Source: Hypanus sabinus
Taxonomy: Eukaryota
Length of the DNA: 64,000 nucleotides
Assembly (NCBI RefSeq): GCF_030144855.1
Contig: NC_082727.1
Span: 41,168,001-41,232,000, forward strand
Reading direction: 5' to 3'
The notes under the pieces are model-generated. The model had not been told where the DNA came from. It was given only the letters and a program-made list of their open reading frames with translations, and did not search any database. The position numbers and the translations under genes are program-made. The stretch's first letter is position 1; each line of letters opens with the position of its first letter. Positions 37,150 through 49,422 of the stretch are shown here, piece by piece.

Positions 37150-38640
37150 GCTCAACAATTCCTCCTTCAGCTTCTCCCACTTTCTCCAAACTCAGGGTGG
37201 GTAGCCATGGGCACCTGCATGAACCCCAGCTATGCCTGCCTTTTCGTTGGCTATGTAGAACAGTCCACGTTCTAAGCCTTCTTCTGTAATACTCCCCAAC
37301 TCCTCCTCCACTACATTGATGCTGCTTCATGCACCCACGTTGAGCTCGTCAATTTTATGAACTTTGCCTCCAACCTCCACCTTGCCCTTAAATTTACGGT
37401 GCATTTCTGACACCTTCCTCCCCATTCTTGATCTCTCTGCCTCCATCTCTGGAGACTAACTGTCTACCGATATCTTTTATAAAAACAACCAATTCCTGTG
37501 GCTATCTTGACTATACCTCTTCCCACTCTGTCTCCTGTAAGACTGCTATTCCCCTTTCTCAGTTCCTTCACCTCCACTGCATCTATTCTTAGGGTGAGGC
37601 TGTCCTTTCCAGGACATCAGAGATGTCTTCCTCCTTTAAAGAACAGGGTTTCCTTTCCTCCACCATTGCAGCCCTCAGACATTTGTGCTCACCCTATCTT
37701 CCCGCCACCTTAACAGTGATAGGATTTCTCATCCTTACCAATGCCCCACGAACCTCCACATCCAACGCATCATTCTCTGCAACTTTCACTCCTCCAAAGT
37801 GGTCCTACCACCAACTACATCTTTACCTCAACCCCCACTCTCTGCTTTCCCCAGGGATCGCTCCCCCGTGATTCCCTTGTCCTAACTGTTCCTCCCCACT
37901 AATCTCCCATGCAGCATTTATCCCCACAAGTACTACATTTGCCTTTTACCTCCTCCCTCACCTTCATTCAGGACCCCAAACAGTCCTTCAGTTTGCAAAT
38001 CAGTTGTACCCCCTCCTGATGCGGCCTCCTCTACATTGGTGGGACCCAGTGTAAATTAGGGGGGGGGGGCAGCTTTGTTGAAAACTTCCACTCCATCCAC
38101 CAAAAAATGGAACTTCCCAGTGGTAAAGCATTTTAATTCTGATTCCCATTCCCATTCTGACAGTTTGGTCCATGGCCTTCTCTTGTACCATGACGAGGCC
38201 ACCCTCAGGGTGGAGGAGCAACGCCTTATATTCCATCTGGGTAGCCTCCAACCTGATGGCATGAACATCGATTTCTGCTTCTGTTAAAAAAAAATTACCT
38301 TCCCTTCCTCTCTTCTTCTATTCCCCATTATGGTCTCTTACACCTTCTCACCTGCCTATTACCTCTCCTGGGTCCCCTCCTCCTTCCCTTTCTCCTATGG
38401 TCCACTCTCCTCTCCTGTCAGAGTTCTTCCTCTCCAGCCCTTTACCTTTCCCACCTACCTGGCTTCACCTGTCACCTTCTAGCTCATTCTCCTTACCCTC
38501 CTGTCACCTTTTTATTCTGGCATCTTCCCCCTTCCTTTTGAGTTGTGAAGAAGGCTCTTGGCCCGAAACATCGACTGTAAATGAATTTTCGTAGATGCTG
38601 CCTGACCTGTTGAGTTCCTCCAGCACTTTGTGTATGTTAC
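37150..38640 (+). mobile_element. Penelope-like element, degenerate RT and GIY-YIG remnant
   Basis: Remnants GVAMGTCM..PSYACLFVGYVEQS and YID (RT), LYIG (GIY-YIG), EEQRLIFHLGSLQPDGMNIDF, then the terminal repeat with a decayed hammerhead core. Confidence 0.8.
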
Positions 38641-40789
38641 TGATCCTATGGCTGATAGGACATTGCAGCTATTCAATAGCATGATGTGGGGCCCAGTGGG
38701 GAATCCAAATCTAGATGCCTGGTCAGAAAATCCCCAATACAGAGCAGGCAGGAACCTTGGACAGAGGTGCTGAACTTCCCTGGCATTTGTAAACACCAGC
38801 AGCTTGCTAAGAGATTGCCATCATTTCCCGGCAAGTTGCAGTTGATGTTTTCATATAAAATGGAAAAACTAGTAGCTGCACCTGAGTAAAGATGTGGTTT
38901 AACAGTACGTTGGATAAACAATAATTGTTTGACTTAGAAACAAAGTCCAGTAGGTTCAGTAACATCCTTGTTCCTTTTAGAAAAAAAAAACACATTCTAA
39001 ATGTATTTTGTAACTTGTTTCCGCAATGTTCAGAGTAGTAAGGCTGGTGTAAGTTAATTGTTTGCTTCATCAGATCATTCCAGAAGAATTTAATTTAACT
39101 TCCAATTTATATGCTAGAGAGGGGGTGAGGGGAACAAGAGGGTAGCACATGAGAGTGCTTTTTATCGGCAGCTACTTTCACTCTAAGATTAATTTTTGCA
39201 TTATTGTTTCACATAAAAACTTCTGTTTTTAAACAAAAAAAAATTAAGAAAAAATGATAGACATTTCTAATGCTTTGAAAGACCACTTCAGATTATTAGA
39301 CATTTTATTTACATGGAGAATTTCAATTGCTACAACGTTCAATGTCAAGGTCAATTTAACATCAAAATATGTATATGTTACCATATGCTACTTTAAGAAT
39401 TATTTGTTTTTTGCTGGTATTTTGCAGGAAAATAAAGAAATGTAATAGAATTTATGAAAAACAACCAATTTGTAAAAGAAGTCAAGTTGTGCAAAGAAAA
39501 AGTAATACTGAGGACATGAGTTGTAGAGTCCTTGAAGTTGCGCCTGTAGTTTGTGGGATCTTTAGTTTAGAGTTCTGATGAGTGAAGGTATATGTGATGC
39601 CTTTTTCTTAAATGTTTCAGAAGCGGATTTCAGGTGGTTTTATGTGGCAAAAGCTGTTCATCCAGAGAGTATGGAGTGGTGAATTGCCAAAGGTGTTGTC
39701 TTCCATTTTTCCTGCTTTCAAAGTGTGTAATAGCCTGGCCAGAGTTTTTTGCCTGTAACCAAGATCACCAAATTCTGAAAATAAATTTACTTTTGTGGGT
39801 TGTTACTATGTGAAGACTACGAACGTAAAGGCAGTGTTGGCACTAGAAAAGCTGTTCATTAGTTGCAAAAAGACTGGGACATCCAAGACGCTGAGATGAT
39901 AACTGCATAAATGCTTCTCCTTCCTCTGTGTCCAACTTACGCTCTATGCTAATTATTGCACCAGATCTTGCTGGTGGTTCCAAACACAACCACTGGCATT
40001 TAGCTGTTCAAACAGTGGGTAGTCCCAGATTCAGTGTAGGCATTGACAAATTTAGTAGTCTGGGGATACAGCTGCTGAGTCCAGTCATCTTGGCATACCC
40101 TGCTTAGTGGTTCAATCTAGATAGCATCGGAGATTATAGAGAAGTAGGAGGCTGGTTCTTCTTAAATATTTTGTTTGTACTTTAATATTTATAAAAGCTT
40201 TTTTAGTTAACTCCAGCTTTTCTATTTTAAAGATGTTTAGCTTTTAACTTTTAAATGGCTTTTAAATGGTTCTGAATGTCTGATGTGAAGTGGAATTGGC
40301 TCGGCTCTGCTCTCCACTTCTTGGTGAAATAAGAATGGGGTGTTGTGGTGGTGGTGGAGCCTACCACGATCATCAGCTCTGAGCAGGTGGGCTGGGCCAG
40401 CAAGATCAGGCCATATAAATTTCCATGCATCTATAACTAATGTAACCAAGACGGTGTTTGTTTGGTTATTCTATTTCCACTGCAAAATATTTGTGGCATA
40501 GATTTGGGACCAGAAAAAGCTCTGAAAGAAATGAGTAAGTGAAGAAATTGTAACTGAGGAATCCTGCAATGTCCTTCCTTTAACTGTTAATTTACTTGGT
40601 CATCACAGTGGTCAGAAACCAATAAACTCCTCATTAATTTGTGTCTGTGATGATGCAGTCTTACTTATAAATGCATTTACATAAACTTAAAAATAGCACT
40701 TGAAATCCGATTCATCATTTTGATTTTGTGGGAACATAATAGAAATCTGCTCTGACAGGTAGACTAAAATGGATTATTATTCATGGAAG

Positions 40790-40956
40790 CAATACACACA
40801 CAATACTGAAGGAACTCAGGGGGCCTCTACCTTCCAGTTCTGCCGAAGGGTCTCGGCCCAGAACGTCGCCCGTACTTTTTTCCATAGATGCTTGCTGAGT
40901 TCCTCCAGCATTTTATGTGTGTTTCTTGGATTTTCAGCATCTGCAGAGTTTCTCAT
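40790..40956. mobile_element. Short Penelope-derived insertion with inverted ends
   Basis: 16-bp TSD TTATTATTCATGGAAG (40774-40789 / 40957-40972). The left end is an inverted partial copy of the right end. Confidence 0.8.
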
Positions 40957-41264
40957 TTATTATTCATGGAAGAAATTTTGACATGATCAAAGAGAGATGC
41001 TTGCAAATTGTTTGGGTAATATATTAAAATCAGTTGATACAAGGTCTGTGTTTTAAGAAATGATTTCTTCTGCAAAATATATTTAGCAAAGCAAATTGGA
41101 ATTGAATCCAAGGAGACTGATTCTGTAAACATTTTTTTAAATGTGTAACTACTAGATCCGTAGTTTTCTGGAAAACCACCAGTTCTTCCATTTCAGTTGA
41201 ACTGACTGGGTGATATTTTTAAGTACTGGATTCTAAAATCCAATGCATTACTTGATCAGGTAAC

Positions 41265-41334
41265 CCAATTGTAGGAACGTAAGATCTTTCCAAATATAAC
41301 CAATTGTAGGAACGTAAGATCTTTCCAAATATAA
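41265..41334 (+). repeat. Perfect 35-bp tandem duplication
   Basis: CCAATTGTAGGAACGTAAGATCTTTCCAAATATAA occurs twice in tandem. Confidence 0.95.
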
Positions 41335-41645
41335 CCATGTTCTTGCAGCATTCTATTCAGTATAGTTGATACAGTTTTCTGTTTTATCATAATGAGTAGC
41401 ATTATTTTTACATTTCTCAGAATTCCAGTTTTTAATGCATCTATAACTAATGAATACCATTCATTTGGAAGAAAGATGGTCCTTTCTTGCCAACCTTGAT
41501 TACAAATAGAAAGTGATTAAATAAAAATATCTTGAAGTGAAAATATGCAAGAATTCTTGATGATAGGTAAAGATGAAGCTGACTCTTGGGTCATAATATA
41601 AAGTGTTATAGCTAAATAACATGCTTTTTTACAAATTCAATAACA

Positions 41646-41820
41646 CCTGCTGATGCTGGAAATCCAAAGCAACATACACAAATGTTGGAGGAACTCAGCA
41701 GGCCAGGCGACATCTATAGGAAAGAGTAAGCAGTCGATATTTTGGGCCAAGACCCTTCATCAGCACTGGAAAGAAAGCTGAGAAGTCCGATGAAGAAGGT
41801 GGGGGGGAGGGGAGGAAGGA
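41646..41820 (-). mobile_element. Penelope-type terminal repeat fragment
   Basis: Family motif present; the hammerhead has CUGAUGA but GAAA is mutated to AAAA. Confidence 0.7.
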
Positions 41821-42235
41821 CATGCTCTATTACTTCTGTTTGTTTCCGTCATAATAAACAGCCAATGAAAATGAAGGATTAAATCATGCATCTTTTCATG
41901 TTGAATGGTAAGTCCCTTCCTTCATGTCTGCTCAACTACAAAGCAAAATCTTGGAAGCATCAGAGTAAAGCTAGTTGTTGGATTCCAGCTGAATAATGAA
42001 AATTGTTAAACCTATGCTTGGATAACGCTTAGGGGAAAATGAAAGTGTTTGTCATGGGAGGTTCAGAAGTTGTTGACAGCATTGTATGTAACTCTAAAAT
42101 GCTGAAAGGTCCATTGACGTTCTGCAACCTCTCAAAAATACCACAGCAGGTTTCCCTGACTCCCCTGATTCAGCGATGTATTGGAAACTATTTGATATGA
42201 AGCTCTTCCAACAGTCTCTCCCTCTTCAATTACAG

Positions 42236-42395
42236 GACCGGAATCGGCCCTATGATGCATTTAACTTGCACTCTTTGGAGAATTCCTTAATGGATATTAT
42301 GAGAAGTGACCACGAACCAATGAAAGGTAAACACTATCCCCCCAGTGGCCCACCAATGACTATTGCTGACATAATGTGGAGGAATCATTTTGCAG
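42236..42395 (+). CDS. CPEB3: CPEB3 160-nt coding exon
   Basis: Encodes DRNRPYDAFNLHSLENSLMDIMRSDHEPMKGKHYPPSGPPMTIADIMWRNHFA(G). Acceptor TTACAG|, donor CAG|GTTAG, and an internal alternative donor AAG|GTAAAC at 42326/42327. Confidence 0.97.
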
Positions 42396-42939
42396 GTTAG
42401 CAAATTTCTTATTTATGATATGGATACTATATAAAGTTTAAGTGATGCTTTGGTTTTGCATGTTGTATATTTGTTATTGATCGATTTTCTAAATGATTTG
42501 CCATTGTTCAATATTCCACATTCTTTTTCTGTTTCTAACTGCAAAATGGGGAAGATTTTTGCAGCTGTTTTTTTTTGAGAATAAACTTCATAAAAACCTT
42601 CATAACTGCTAATTTATTCCAAGTTAATCCATATGTATCTTTGTAAAACAATGCCTCCGTATTGACAAAATATTTGGTTAGGAGAGTTGTTAACATTTTT
42701 ATTTTGTTCATAGATCAAAACTATCATGCTTTTTTAAAATTTTCAAAGCTCAAAGACAATTTATTAACAAAGTACATATATGTCACCATTTGCAACCCGG
42801 AGGTTCACTCTCTTTTTGCAAGTTTTGCAAGATTCCCTCCCTCTCCATACATTAACTCTTAAATTTCTGGTTTTAAATTTCAATGAGTTTAAAAAAAACA
42901 AATGTAAGCCAGTTTTCAGCTGCAAATTCTGTTAAAGAG

Positions 42940-43064
42940 CAAACACGAGGAAATCTGCAGATGCTGGAAATTCAAACAACACACACAAAATGCTTGTGGA
43001 ACACAGCAGGCCAGGCAGCATTTATAAGGAGAAGCGCTGTCGGCGTTTTGGGCCGAGACCCTTC
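42940..43064 (-). mobile_element. Penelope-type terminal repeat fragment
   Basis: Near-identical to 8957-9079, truncated before the CUGANGA box. Confidence 0.75.
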
Positions 43065-44526
43065 TTTTAAAATTCAGTTTAATTCTTGGATAACATTAAA
43101 AGCAATTTAGGAATAACACAATATTATTTCTGCTTTTGCATTTAGCCAGTACCTTTCTATTACTCCATTAGCTGGTAAATGCAAGAATTTTTTTCTCAGC
43201 TCTTCATCAGGGAATTCAGTATGAAGTTCTTGAGGAATCAGAGTTCTTGAAAGCCAATGTGTGAAAACAAGCTATTTTTCTTTTCCAATTACTTTCTTGC
43301 TAAGATCTGAATAAATATATTTACTACCACTTTTCAAAGTTAAAGATGGAGTTTGTTGTAATATGTACAAGGTATGCAAGGTTTTTATGATTATTTTTGG
43401 TATGCAGTTCATAAAAAACAATTATTTTGCATGCAGAATAACTGCAACAAGAGTTGAAATTCCTTTACTTAAGTAATTTTGAACATTGCAAAAGTTAACT
43501 GCTGTAGTTGATAAAGTTCACAATTTTCACTGAATATAATTGTCTTGATACATGCAGTTTGCATTCAGTTTTTAGAAAATGGCATTTCATTTTGGGAAAA
43601 CTTAGTTAAGCAAGGGATTTGTTGGTAAAACTCAAGTTAACAAACAACCGCCCTATCTATCCCTCTGATGAAATCAGTTTGTTGCTCAAGCTGCAATTGT
43701 AAATGGTTACCAGTTAAAATTTGTCTTTGCTGCTCTCTTTCTTAAAAAAATATTGACAGAAGGCTAACATGTGTTGCCAACACTGTTTAAAGGTCTTTTG
43801 AGCAATACTAAATGTAAAACTGTAGAAATGATGTGATTGTATGAAATGCCATTGAAAAAATAAAGCAGGAATGGTTCAATTATTCAGATTTACTAGATTG
43901 CATTTATATATTCTGGGGGGGGGGGTCCGCTAACAATTACTTTAGAAAGAATTTCTGCAGTTTAAACACTACATTTTATTGTGTGAACCACTGAATAGAG
44001 TTGGTGAGAAGCAAGTACACCGATTGCCACTAGTTCCATAGTTGTTATAAAGATATGGGTCAAACTCAGTGGATTTAAAATGACCACATTGAAACCATGT
44101 GTGCTAGATTCAGAGGTTTAAAAATGATTGTATCTAAAAGAGGTGTGGCAATTTTAGAGGATTAATTTTTAGTGTTTTTAGTGTTTTAGGTTGGAGTTAT
44201 AGATCTCTCTACTAACGACAGGCTTGGGATTTCTGATTGCAGGTGGGGAGGGCGCAGGTTAATAAACGTTAGAGGTTTTCATCTTTCAACATAACATTAC
44301 TTGGAGAACAAAAAATGATTTGAAATAATACAAGGATGGGGAGATTAATTTTTTTGTTTTCTAGAAGAAAGCATTTTATAAAAGAAAGAAGCTTTTAAAA
44401 AAATATATACAGCTGAAAGTTCCATCCATATTTGTGTCAGCTCTTGCTTCGACATAGGATATACTATGCAGAATCAAGCCACTTGGCCTAACCCTTAATT
44501 TCTGGCTTCTGTGCTCCACTTGAGTA

Positions 44527-45442
44527 CAGTCGGCCCTCCTTATCCGTGAATTCCGCATGCGTAAATCCAACCAACCACGAATTGTGAAAACCCGGAAGTG
44601 CTCTTCCAGCANNNNNNNNNNNNNNNNNNNNNNNNNNNNNNNNNNNNNNNNNNNNNNNNNNNNNNNNNNNNNNNNNNNNNNNNNNNNNNNNNNNNNNNNN
44701 NNNNNNNNNNNNNNNNNNNNNNNNNNNNNNNNNNNNNNNNNNNNNNNNNNNNNNNNNNNNNNNNNNATCGGGATTGAAAAATATCCGAAGTTCTCTTACT
44801 AGGAGAACTAAGTTGGAACAGGTACATCCAGTATTATTTAGCGTCAGTTAGTCAAACGTTTGCCTTAGTGTATAGTATATATTTTGCCTTTCTATGCATA
44901 TAAAACACTTAAGAACGTATGTTTCAACGCCGGGCTCGGGAACGGAAATTCTCGGGACTTGGGACGGATTGTCCCCAAGCGTGCTCTCCACCGTGTCGGG
45001 TTGATGTGGAGGATCAAAAACCCAAAACCCCAAAACCCAATAATTAAACGACTGTGTTGCTTAGTAATAATTGTATCTTTCATTGGAGTAGAGCCTTCCT
45101 CACTTTATCCTTTAAGATTGTTCTGATCGTTGACCGACATAGCCTAACACTTCTCCAATCACCGATGGCGTTTCACCTCTTTCCAATCACTTTATTATTT
45201 CTACTTTATTTTCAATTGTGTTTGTGATTATTTTCGCGAACAGAAACACTGTGGATTCAGAGTTCTACCACCAGGTCTTAGTGTCCACCGCAGTGAGACA
45301 GGTTAAATCAGGTCTGGGGTTCCACTGGGTCCTAAGGTCCACTGGATTGCGACAGGTTGAATAAGGGACTTGAGCATCTGCGAATTTTGGTAACCGCGAG
45401 GGCTCTTGGAACCAATCCCCCGTGGACAAGGAGGGCCAACTG
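44527..45442. mobile_element. Tigger/pogo-like non-autonomous transposon spanning the assembly gap
   Basis: TA|CAGTCGGCCCTCCTTATCC ... GGACAAGGAGGGCCAACTG|TA. Confidence 0.85.
44612..44766. other. Assembly gap (N run)
   Basis: 155 N bases inside a Tigger-like element. Confidence 1.
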
Positions 45443-46639
45443 TATATAAATTTGACAGCCTTCTGAATCCTTCTCTCTGTCATGCTTGTCTAGCATCCCC
45501 TCAAATGTATCTGTTCACTTCACTTTGCCGTCCCTAGTATTTCCAACACAGTCCTGAGTGGCAATTAGAGTCCCATTCAAAGTCCAATTTTTGGTGTTCA
45601 TTGACCTTTTAAGGACACCCCTCAGGATTATCTGCTCCCTTCTGGTAGTCACCTATAGTCATATAAACATATAGTCTTACTGGGCTCGCCATGCGGACAT
45701 TGTGCCAAAGTTTCTCTCTCTGACGGACCATTGGCATCGCAGATTGGCCTTTGGTGAATGTAAATCCTCACCCCCCCCCCCGCTGGGTTTTTGACACGTC
45801 TAACAGTTAGTATTGTGGAACATTCCTCCTTCATCTGTAACTCTTGTTAAAAATTTCCCCAGGGACAAAAAGGTAACAGTAGCATAATTAGCAGAATGCT
45901 GTCACAGTTTGGGTGTTGTAGTTCTGAGTTAAATTCTATGAGGAGTTTGTTGAGTCTACCCATGACTGCATAGCTTTCCTCCGGGTGCTCTGGTTTCCTC
46001 CCACAGTGGTTAGTAGATCATTGTAAATTGTCCTGCTTATAGGCTAGTGCGAAATAGATGAGGTGCTGGGTGACACAGCTCGCTGGAGGGGCCTGTTCCA
46101 TGCTACATCTCTAAATAAATAAATCACACTTAATCAGGGCATTCAAAAACAGGTTTCCTGTAACTGACTGTGAAGCTAAGTACTTTTGAAAAGTATTCCT
46201 GTAATGATGGGAAGTGTGAAAGGCAATTTGCACCACAATTAGTCCCACAATTAGGAAAGAGATAAAATGCTGCAATGTGTTGTCTGAAGGATTATCATGA
46301 GCCAGATGATGACTTTCAGAATAATGTCATGAGATTCTTTATAATCCTTTATGAGAATATAAGGGAAATGGGTTGACCTTAAAACCCTCCTCCATGATCA
46401 TCTACCTTCATTATTCAGCCTACATGATGTGTTCAAGTCTGCAGAGCCTTCTGATGTGGAGGCTGGAGTGATAGTCTCGAGTGTTGGTCTCTTTTGGTCC
46501 TCCTTTCAGTGTGCAACAATTAATGGTTAGAGGATAGCATTTGAATTTATTCTTCTAGTCAAAGAGGAACTTAAATTTCTCATAACGTAAGCAATTGAAC
46601 AGTTATCAACATGATTTCTCTAACTTTTGGTAATCACTC

Positions 46640-47070
46640 CCCTCGATTTTCATCAACCACCCTTTTTGTGTTCCTTCATTCCTGTGACCCCCCCCCCTTT
46701 TTTACCCACCTTCATAACATGGCCATTACCTCCTCTGGTTTCCCATCTCCTCTTTATTCTGCTGTCTACTGTCCTGTCATGTCGGATTCTTCTTTTTGCC
46801 CTTTGCCCCTACACCTGTCACCTTCTAGCTTTTCACAGCATTCCCTTCCACTCCTTTCCCTCACCCATCTCCCTCCGCCCCTCCACCTGAGCTTACTAAT
46901 TATCTGCCAGCTTGTGCTCCACCCCCTCTCCCCACCTTTTACTCTGGCTCTGCTCACCTCACTTCCACTCCCAACGAAGGCCCTCAACCCAAAACAGTGA
47001 CAATCCTTCTCCCTTCATAGATGCTGCCTAACTTGCTGAGATACCCCTGCATTTTGTGTGTGTTGTTCAA
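46640..47070 (+). mobile_element. Old Penelope-like 3' end
   Basis: Pyrimidine-rich tail ending ATAGATGCTGCC..TGCTGAG..CATTTTGTGTGTGTTG. Confidence 0.6.
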
Positions 47071-47764
47071 ATATGGGACAGTCGTGAAATAAGGTTAATA
47101 CCAACATAAAATGTTGATAATATTTTTCTCTCCCAGACACAATGGATACATAAAGCTCTTTCTAAAATGGTATGGGGTATATTTTCTTTAAATATGTATG
47201 TACCCAATAACTTAAACTGATGATCTTTCTGAATGGTAAGAAGCAGATCTGGAAAATAGCCATCTTATATAATTTGCTGCTTTACATACAATTTCACCAC
47301 CAGAAGAGTTCATAATGTTTAAATTCCCCACTGATTCCTCAACTGGATGAGTGACACTATTATTCAATATCCTTGAATTTCCTTCAAGGAGTCCAGCCTT
47401 TTATTATTTTGTAGTAAGGGTTAAATTCACTTTTTTTTTTCTCTTACAACATTTGTTCATACCAGACATCTAAGGTTTTCTATCATTAATCTGGGATAAT
47501 TTGATCATAAAAGTTATCAGACCTTTGTACCTAACTCTTTCACCAAATATGCACAAAGCAGAAATGGAGGCTATTAGAGTTTATTTTTCTATACACAGTT
47601 GTGATAGTCTTCTTTCATTAACTGAACTTCTAACACTTAATATCTCAAACCTTTTTGCAGCTGGAGAGAGAGAGAGAGGAAAATGAAGTAATTGATGTTG
47701 AGCAATAGTGGGACAATTAAAGGATGTGGATGAATGCTTAGTCAATCAAAATGAGCTCTCTGGC

Positions 47765-48140
47765 ATTTTCTGGGTGGTGGGGCAGAGATACGTCTCTTCC
47801 AAAGGAGGTATAAGGTGCTCCTTCCCGCCACTAGCCCACAGATCACACTTGGATAAGGTATAATACCTACTTAGCCCCCGGTCAGGGTCACGTAAAGCCA
47901 TGGGAGAAAGTGGTGGATGGTTGTATGAGCAGCTGGTGGATATCACAAGTCCTGGTTTTGTGGCCACTGACGCCAACCAAGCGATATCTAAAGAGTATTG
48001 ACAATGGCTGGGGTCACCCAAATTGTAAAGACACCGCCCAGAAGAATGCAAAATTCTAGAAAATTTGCCAAGAACGATCATGGTCATGAGGACATGATCA
48101 CCCATATCATATGACACAGCAGATCATTATGATGAATGAT
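47765..48140 (+). mobile_element. RTE-related SINE-like repeat
   Basis: GCCCAGAAGAA..TTGCCAAGAAC..CATGG 3' module and an (ATG)n-type tail. Confidence 0.5.
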
Positions 48141-49362
48141 GGCAGCTTATTCAAAAGGTGCAGCAGGAAGAATGTGTTTGGGATAAAATTCCAGGAAATG
48201 GGAGAGAGAGTAGAATTGGCTGATTACAAATAATTCAGCATCAAATACAATTTTAATGGAATAAGCTTTTGAACAGTGGTCAAGATACTTGATTTTGAAA
48301 TTTACTGACATGTGTTTATTTAAATTGTGTATCAAGAAGGCTATTTGGATTCAAAATGATGGTGACAAGGAATGGATTTTTGTGACGGATTCAAAATGGA
48401 CTGCCATTTAGTCAACTGAAGTCAACTGTAACGTTATAGCTTGGGCTGCAAACTATAATGCTTTTTGCAAATCTGAATTTCCAGCTGGAAAAGCAAACAG
48501 TTCTGTGTAGGGGAGAGCAATGCAAATTTGCCAAGTTAATCCCATTGCCATATCACAAATACTCACAACGCATAAAATTGAGGTTGAATGCTTCGTTCTG
48601 TGGTCATTATTTCTATGGGTTCATGATGCAATTTTTTTGTTTGCCCAAAGCAAAGAACAATCTGTCACTAAACCATAGACAATAAAGCTGAAGGTTTTTA
48701 AGTTAGTGCAGGAATATTTACATACTGATCTTGTTTTACCTGCACAAAGTAGCAAATCAATTTCCTTCATCTGATGTACTCTATATTCTGCATGTGCATT
48801 ATCAATAGATTTTTAAACAGACAATTTTGTAAATCATGTTTTGTAAACTATAATTTGTTCTGTTTACTCTGTGACTTTCAATTTTATTTCTGGTTGCTTA
48901 GCAGATAGAGACATCTTTGGAATTTTGAGTTTGTGTTGTTTTTTGCAACTCTAGTATATAAAATAAAATGGCTGTAAGATGATAAGTAAATATTTTGCAT
49001 TGTAAGTTAGATGTAGATGGGATTATTATCCAAACATTTTATCATATCGTCATTAAAGTGATGGGCAGTAATCTCTCTTTAGAGACCGTGTATATATAAC
49101 TGCTTTAATATTAGCAATTTTATTTTAAAGCGGGTTTGGTTTCTCACGCAGAGGTTTTGGATTATGATGATATAAGTTCTTTGACTTAATTAATATTTAC
49201 CATCTATTTTTCCAAGTTAATTTTTATTGGATGCTGTCAAGATAACTGATGTGCTTCTTGGCCTTGAACTAATGTCTTTCAAAGGCTTAGTGAGAAGAAT
49301 GGTAACTTAAATAATTTAGGGAATATATGTTTCTGAATCTCAGGAACTGTTTTATTTTACAG

Positions 49363-49422
49363 GACGCTTGGGCCTTAATTTTCCTCACCCTGGGACAGAT
49401 AATCTTGTGGCACTAAATAATA
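49363..49422 (+). CDS. CPEB3: CPEB3 60-nt coding exon
   Basis: TTTTACAG| (G)RLGLNFPHPGTDNLVALNN |GTAAGT, phase 1-1. Homologous to mammalian GRMGINFHHPGTDNIMALN. Confidence 0.93.

Noticed and set aside
38540-38580. Hammerhead in the long Penelope copy, and those at ~40840, ~41750 and ~62080
   Set aside because: Core nucleotides are mutated (GUGAAGA, CUGCCGA/AGAA, AAAA, or no NUH triplet).
18160-42235. Orthologue of the mammalian CPEB3 HDV-like ribozyme
   Set aside because: No GGGGGCCACAGCAGAAGCG-like sequence was seen by eye. Only the retroposon-borne look-alike at 32198-32350 was found, and a covariance search is needed to exclude it formally.
44540-44827. ORFs spanning the N run
   Set aside because: Artefacts of the assembly gap.
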